From an uncultured Ignavibacteria bacterium (GTDB lineage Bacteria; Zixibacteria; MSB-5A5; JAABVY01; JAHJOQ01), in assembly GCA_964415885.1 (NCBI GenBank), contig CAYQCE010000004.1, forward strand, positions 35,128 to 99,127: a DNA stretch of 64,000 bases. Reading direction: 5' to 3'. Shown here piece after piece: positions 59,169 to 64,000 of this stretch. The notes under the pieces were generated by a model that had not been told where the DNA came from, made no database searches, and saw nothing but the letters and a program-made list of their open reading frames with translations. Each line of letters opens with the position of its first letter. The first letter of the stretch is position 1. Made by a program: the position numbers and the translations under genes.

Positions 59169-60356
59169 ATGAGACGAACACTGACGTGCTTCATAACAGC
59201 GACAATCGTACTCGGCGCGATTGCTGTTTCCTTCATAGCCGACACCCAATCCGCCGAGGCCATACCGGCTTTTGCACGCAAATACCGCATGTCATGCTGG
59301 ACCTGCCACGAGCCAACCCCAAGATTGAAACCGTACGGCGATGATTTTGCCGGAAACGGATTCGTACTGAAGGATCAGGATGCTCCGAGGTATTACGTGG
59401 ACACGGGTGACGAAGACCTCTCACTTATCCGTGAGTTCCCGATCGCAGTCCGGATGGATGGCTTCCTGAAGTACGAAAGCAGGACAGACAGGAACGTCGA
59501 CTTGTCGTCGCCATACATTCTGAAGTTGCTTTCGGGAGGCTCGCTCGCCGATGATCTCGCGTATTACTTCTACTTCTATTTCAGCGAACATGGCGAGATA
59601 GCGGGAGTCGAGGACGCCTACCTGATGTTCAACAATCTCTTTGATTCTGAGCTCGACGTCTATCTGGGACAATTTCAGGTTTCGGATCCATTGTTCAAGC
59701 GCGAGTTGCGCCTGACGTATGAAGACTACCAGATATACAAGACATCCGTAGGTGAATCCCGGGTAAGCCTCGCTTACGATCGCGGCATCATGCTGACATA
59801 CGGTTTCGAAAACGGGCCGGATGTAATAGCGGAGATCGTCAACGGTAACGGCCTCTCAGAGGCTGACAGCTACCTTGTGTATGACGACGACAAGTACAAG
59901 TGCTTCGCCGGTCGCATATCACAGGATGTCACCGAGTACGGACGCGTTGGCGCGTTCGGCTACTGGGGCAGGGAGGAATCAGATGCCGATAACGAAGTTT
60001 GGTATATCGGCGGTGACGCTTCCGTGGGCGACGGCAAGTTTATCGAGGTCAACGGGCAGTTTCTCGAACGACGCGACTCCGATCCGCTATTCACGGGGCT
60101 TGACGATGCGGAGAAAGTGGAAACGCGCGGGGTGATGGCTGAAGCGATAATCACACCAAAAGGCCAGCGAAGCCCCGTGTATCTTGTCGGGCTCGTCAAC
60201 TGGGTAGATTCCGACTACGATCACCTCAAATACCGCACGGGGACCGCACACATCGGATATATGCTTCGAACGAACCTTCGATTGACCGGTGAAGTGACCT
60301 ACGACTTCAATCACGAAGAAGTTAGAATCGTGACAGGATTCGTGGGAGGATTCTAA
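59169..60356 (+). CDS. Cyc2-like fused monohaem cytochrome-porin (outer membrane)
   Basis: 395 aa. Signal peptide ending AEA, immediately followed by IPAFARKYRMSCWTCH (CxxCH at 59295-59309). The rest shows an alternating beta-strand pattern and ends in an aromatic terminal residue (GFVGGF). Confidence 0.6.
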   Translation: MRRTLTCFITATIVLGAIAVSFIADTQSAEAIPAFARKYRMSCWTCHEPTPRLKPYGDDFAGNGFVLKDQDAPRYYVDTGDEDLSLIREFPIAVRMDGFLKYESRTDRNVDLSSPYILKLLSGGSLADDLAYYFYFYFSEHGEIAGVEDAYLMFNNLFDSELDVYLGQFQVSDPLFKRELRLTYEDYQIYKTSVGESRVSLAYDRGIMLTYGFENGPDVIAEIVNGNGLSEADSYLVYDDDKYKCFAGRISQDVTEYGRVGAFGYWGREESDADNEVWYIGGDASVGDGKFIEVNGQFLERRDSDPLFTGLDDAEKVETRGVMAEAIITPKGQRSPVYLVGLVNWVDSDYDHLKYRTGTAHIGYMLRTNLRLTGEVTYDFNHEEVRIVTGFVGGF

Positions 60357-60392
60357 CTCTGCGCAGGTTGAGAAGTTTACGTACCAATGCAG

Positions 60393-60426
60393 AAAGGCAC
60401 GCCAAACGGCGTGCCTTTTATTTTTC
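60393..60426 (+). terminator. Rho-independent terminator after the cytochrome-porin gene
   Basis: AAAGGCACGCC-aaac-GGCGTGCCTTT 11-bp stem followed by TATTTTT. Confidence 0.75.
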
Positions 60427-60446
60427 CTTCTCTCGAGCTAAGTCCA

Positions 60447-61220
60447 CTACTCTTCGGACTTATTCTTGCCCCCCACAGAGTCTATCAGACCCTTGAACAA
60501 TTCGATCGGTATCGGGAATACGACCGTCGAGTTCTTCTCGGATGCAATCTCGGTCAGGGTCTGAAGATATCTGAGCTGAACCGCAGCGCCCTGCTTCGAC
60601 AGTATCTCGGCGGCATCGGCGAGCCTCTGCGCTGCCTGGTATTCACCGTCGGCATGGATAACCTTCGCGCGCCTCTCTCGTTCGGCTTCCGCCTGACGGG
60701 CAATCGCTCTCGTCATCTGCTCCGGTATATCGACATTCTTGACCTCAACCACAGATACCTTGATCCCCCATGGTTCCGTCTGGTCATCGATTATTTCCTG
60801 GAGTTTCTGGTTTATCTGCTCGCGATTCGAGAGCAGATCGTCGAGATCGACCTCGCCGAGAACCGATCGCAGCGTGGTCTGCGCTATCTGCGAGGTTGCA
60901 TACAGGTAGTCCTCCACGTTGATGACCGCCCTGTTGGAGTCCATTACGGCGAAGTAGATAACAGCATTTACTTTCACGGTCACGTTATCCCTGGTGATTA
61001 CATCCTGCGACGGGACATCCATAGTGACGGTTCGCAGAGGAACCTTGACCATCTTATCCACCAGCGGAATAAGCAGGATCAGCCCCGGTCCCTTAATGCC
61101 GATTACTCTTCCGAGCCTGAAGACTACGCCACGCTCGTACTCCTTCAGAATACGTATGGCGTTTACCAGAATGAAGAATGCGAGAATTATGGCGGGCAGA
61201 AGAAATGTTCCTGCTCCCAT
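60447..61220 (-). CDS. SPFH/stomatin-family (band 7) membrane protein
   Basis: 257 aa. N-terminal TM helix, then [16 protein letters not shown] and the AEAERERRA coiled segment. Confidence 0.9.
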   Translation of the reverse strand: MGAGTFLLPAIILAFFILVNAIRILKEYERGVVFRLGRVIGIKGPGLILLIPLVDKMVKVPLRTVTMDVPSQDVITRDNVTVKVNAVIYFAVMDSNRAVINVEDYLYATSQIAQTTLRSVLGEVDLDDLLSNREQINQKLQEIIDDQTEPWGIKVSVVEVKNVDIPEQMTRAIARQAEAERERRAKVIHADGEYQAAQRLADAAEILSKQGAAVQLRYLQTLTEIASEKNSTVVFPIPIELFKGLIDSVGGKNKSEE

Positions 61221-61238
61221 CTATTTCCTCCTCTCTTG

Positions 61239-62519
61239 TCAGTTTTTCTTCTCAACTTTGACAGACATGCCATCGACCTCAGTCACGACTACCATCTCGC
61301 CCTTCTCAAGCGGCTGATCAGCGGTCGCTTTCCACAAGGCTCCGGCAACATAGACCATTCCCTCAGGATCAATCTTCTCCTTAACTTTGCCACTCAAGCC
61401 GACCATTCCCTCATTGCCGGTCGTCACCTTGCTGCGCTGCGCCTTGACAACATATCGCAACACAAAGACTATGAACAGCGCCGAGAAGACCGCGACCGAG
61501 ATGATCACGCTCTTTGATACCTGTAGATATGGTGCAGGTGAATCTATCAAGAATATACCTCCCAGGATAAGAGATATCACTCCTCCGATCGAGAGAATCC
61601 CGTATGAGGGGACCTTGATCTCGAGCAAAAACAGTATGACGGCGAAGATTATAAGCGCAATACCCGAATAGTTGATCGGGAGCGTCTGGAGAGAGAAAAA
61701 CGCCAGAATGATGCATATTCCGCCCACGACACCGGGCACTATGGCCCCCGGATTATAGAGTTCCATCGCCAGTCCAAGTGAACCTAGCGTAAACAGAATG
61801 AAGGCGATATTGGGGTTCGATATTATTTCGAGGAATTCCTCCTGGAAAGTTCGTTCTATCGCAATCGTCCGTGCGTCTTTCGTCTGCAGCGTAACCGAAT
61901 CCTCCTTCAGCACAACCACCATACCGTCGATCTTCGAAAGCAAATCATCCATGTCATCCGCGATCAGGTCGACTACGTTGGAATCGAGAGCGTCGGACGA
62001 TTGTATCGACTCACCGTCCCGAATCGCGCGCTCCACCCAGGCCTGATTGCGGCCTCGTTTCTCTGCTATAGATCTAAGATTCGCGACGGCATCATTGGTC
62101 ACCTTCTTTGCCATCGCGGAGTCCATCTCACCTTCCATCTGTACCGGTGTGGCAGCGCCGATATTTGTGCCGGTTGCCATTGCCGCTATGTGCGCTGCGT
62201 ATGTGATGAAAACTCCCGCGGATCCGGCGCGGGCGCCGGATGGCCAGACATGCACGACTACGGGCACATCGGCATTCAACATCGCAGTCGTTATGCGCCA
62301 CGTGGAATTAGTGAGTCCGCCGGGCGTGTTGAGACGAATGATCAGAGCCTCCGAGCCGTTGTCTTCGGCCTCTTCGATGGCTCGATCGATGAGCTTAACC
62401 GTGATGGGGCCGATTGGGGTCTCTATGTCGAGAACGGTCACACGATCATTCTCGCCCGTCCGGACAGTCGTAGCAAAGAGCACTACTATCAGTAGTGCTA
62501 CCACTATTCTCTTCATCAT
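61239..62519 (-). CDS. NfeD-family membrane-bound ClpP-class serine protease
   Basis: 426 aa. Signal peptide, ClpP-like domain (LNTPGGL, AGSAG), central TM helices and a C-terminal OB-like NfeD domain. Directly upstream of the stomatin gene, as in the known NfeD-stomatin operons. Confidence 0.88.
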   Translation of the reverse strand: MMKRIVVALLIVVLFATTVRTGENDRVTVLDIETPIGPITVKLIDRAIEEAEDNGSEALIIRLNTPGGLTNSTWRITTAMLNADVPVVVHVWPSGARAGSAGVFITYAAHIAAMATGTNIGAATPVQMEGEMDSAMAKKVTNDAVANLRSIAEKRGRNQAWVERAIRDGESIQSSDALDSNVVDLIADDMDDLLSKIDGMVVVLKEDSVTLQTKDARTIAIERTFQEEFLEIISNPNIAFILFTLGSLGLAMELYNPGAIVPGVVGGICIILAFFSLQTLPINYSGIALIIFAVILFLLEIKVPSYGILSIGGVISLILGGIFLIDSPAPYLQVSKSVIISVAVFSALFIVFVLRYVVKAQRSKVTTGNEGMVGLSGKVKEKIDPEGMVYVAGALWKATADQPLEKGEMVVVTEVDGMSVKVEKKN

Positions 62520-62658
62520 CTATACCTCCGGAAAGCGGCGGAGCCAATTGTACCGCTAATATGGACTTTAGCCACACTTATTAAAGTAGTCAACCAAAAG
62601 TATTCAATCCAATAGTATTGAACGCGCCGATTCATCCCTCGGTTTCGGTCAAGACAAT

Positions 62659-62688
62659 GAAAAAAGGCGGGGCCGAAGCTCCGCCTCT
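62659..62688 (-). terminator. Rho-independent terminator after the S9 peptidase gene
   Basis: On the minus strand, GGCGGAGC-TTCG-GCCCCGCC hairpin followed by a run of 7 T (plus-strand A-run at 62660-62665). Confidence 0.7.
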
Positions 62689-62708
62689 TTTCTAATCTCA
62701 GTCTCGGT

Positions 62709-64000
62709 CTAATTCCTCGACTCGGTCTTCAAATACTGATTGAAGAAATCGACCATCTGGCGGTAGAAATCCAGGCGGTTCGAGAGTTTGCCGATGCCGT
62801 GTCCCTCGTCGGGGTAGATCACAAAATCGACCTCGCCGCCCTGTGCCTCCATCGCGGAGATGATCTGCCGGGCCTCGTCGACCGGAACGCGCGGATCGTT
62901 TTCCCCATGCTGCACAAACAGCGCGGCCTTGATTCTATCTACCTTGTGGATCGGGCTGATCGACTCGAGGAACGTCGAGTCCTCGAGGGGGCCATACTCC
63001 GCCTCACGGAGGGATCTTCTGTATGCCCGAGTGTTTTCGAGGAAGGTCACGAAATTGACTATTCCCACGCTGTTCAGTCCTGCGCGATACAGATTCGGAT
63101 ACTCTGTGAGCGATGCCATGACCATATAGCCGCCGTACGAGCCCCCCTTGATGCCAAGCATGCTCTCTTCGGTGTATCCGTTCCTGATGAGCCATTTCGC
63201 ACCCCAGGCATAGTCTTTCACCGAGTCAAGGCGCTTCTTGTAATTGTCCAAATCCATGTATTCTTTGCCGTAGCCCGATGACCCGCGCGGGTTGACAGCA
63301 AGAATACCGTAGCCGTTCTGCATCAGATATGTGAAATGGCGCGAGAACGACGGCCTGTATTGGCTTTCAGGGCCTCCGTGCGCATGAATAATGAACGGGA
63401 TTTTGCCGCTCTCATATCCCGGAGGCAGATACAGGAATGCGGGAATCTCGAGACCATCAAACGACTCGTACCGAATCAGCTCCGGGTCACTAAATATGTC
63501 GGGGTCGATTCCGGCATAGCTCGAATGTGTGACCCTCCGCAGCTCTTTCGTATTCCAGTCCCAAAGCCAGATATCAGGAGCCTTGGTGGACGAGTTGAAT
63601 CCAAAGAGAATCTTGCCGTTCTCAGTCATCCAGCCGCCGGAATAGAGGCCCTGTAACGGCGGGGTGGGAAGCATATCACCCGTTGTCAGATCCTGAAGGT
63701 ACGGAACCGAGTATCCGTCCTCATTCACAAGCCAGAAGAGGTAGTTCCCGTCTTCTGAAAGCCCGGCGCCCTCATAACCCCACTTCGAATCTGTATCGAG
63801 GAATGTGATCTCTCTTGTCGCAATGTCCATCCTGGCGAGACGGGCTATACCATCTTCGTTGTAATTGGTCACCAGATACGCCTCGGTATAGTCCGGCGTC
63901 AAATTGAAAGAGTGGAAGAGCGCGTCTCCCTCATGCGGAGTGAGAAGCGTTTCCTCACCGGTCGCAAGATCGAGGAGGTAGTAATTGTTGTCTGTGTTTG
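62709..64000 (-). CDS. S9-family serine peptidase (prolyl oligopeptidase / acylaminoacyl peptidase type), N-terminus outside the window
   Basis: GGSYGGYM nucleophile elbow, DPRVP and PDEGHG catalytic Asp/His regions. The reading frame stays open upstream of the ORF-track TTG at 63902 to the window edge, with a beta-propeller-like sequence. Confidence 0.88.
   Translation of the reverse strand, partial: NTDNNYYLLDLATGEETLLTPHEGDALFHSFNLTPDYTEAYLVTNYNEDGIARLARMDIATREITFLDTDSKWGYEGAGLSEDGNYLFWLVNEDGYSVPYLQDLTTGDMLPTPPLQGLYSGGWMTENGKILFGFNSSTKAPDIWLWDWNTKELRRVTHSSYAGIDPDIFSDPELIRYESFDGLEIPAFLYLPPGYESGKIPFIIHAHGGPESQYRPSFSRHFTYLMQNGYGILAVNPRGSSGYGKEYMDLDNYKKRLDSVKDYAWGAKWLIRNGYTEESMLGIKGGSYGGYMVMASLTEYPNLYRAGLNSVGIVNFVTFLENTRAYRRSLREAEYGPLEDSTFLESISPIHKVDRIKAALFVQHGENDPRVPVDEARQIISAMEAQGGEVDFVIYPDEGHGIGKLSNRLDFYRQMVDFFNQYLKTESRN

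Noticed and set aside
60387-61517. 376-aa plus-strand ORF opposite the SPFH and NfeD genes; similarly 38077-38856 (minus, 259 aa) opposite the first M14 gene
   Set aside because: They are antisense to genes with clear family motifs and have no motifs of their own.
60447-62519. NfeD protease plus stomatin pair as a possible novel system
   Set aside because: This is a well-known, widely conserved two-gene operon, and both proteins have canonical architecture here.
1-64000. Search for CRISPR arrays, tRNA/rRNA genes, transposases, integrases, phage genes and toxin-antitoxin pairs
   Set aside because: None was recognised by eye. Intergenic regions are short and lack direct-repeat arrays, and I noticed no T-loop-like GGTTCGAATCC words in the spacers I inspected. 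A proper tRNAscan/Infernal/CRISPR scan is still needed to be certain.

Overview
Dense bacterial chromosomal segment with about 55 protein genes. I recognised no rRNA, tRNA, CRISPR array, transposase or integrase by eye. Most genes lie on the minus strand in tightly packed, often overlapping operons. Order from the left: a TCA / reverse-TCA-type block (icd, mdh, larA-like, ndk, four-subunit 2-oxoglutarate:ferredoxin oxidoreductase korDABC, sucCD) that runs on from cca; carbamate kinase with a cpgS-like P-loop protein; ltaE; envelope chaperones and outer-membrane proteins; dnaE; TPR, rhomboid and M23 genes; ppiD; rng-fmt-def-yajC-tgt; radA-mlaFE-dnaB; udg-coaBC-smg; purHCN-gatBA-glnA; an SPFH/NfeD pair; and a truncated S9 peptidase at the right edge. 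The gene content suggests an uncultivated anaerobe or microaerophile, but the taxon cannot be determined from this window alone. I found no clear multi-gene defence or mobile island. The observations most worth follow-up are: (1) an unassignable 473-aa protein (35145-36566, plus strand) with an unknown N-domain, a coiled coil and a restriction-endonuclease-like C-domain; (2) a multihaem cytochrome c followed by a Cyc2-like fused monohaem cytochrome-porin (57731-60356); (3) a 19-nt box, TGTGAA-N4-TTCACTTAC, present downstream of two predicted promoters, those of the cytochrome operon and the carbamate kinase operon; (4) SucD carrying a 107-aa histone-H1-like polylysine tail; (5) a translationally coupled pair of M14 carboxypeptidase paralogues, the first of which has lost all three zinc ligands; (6) a LarA-family gene embedded next to mdh. 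All functional calls rest on motif and family recognition from the translated ORFs. No database search was run.
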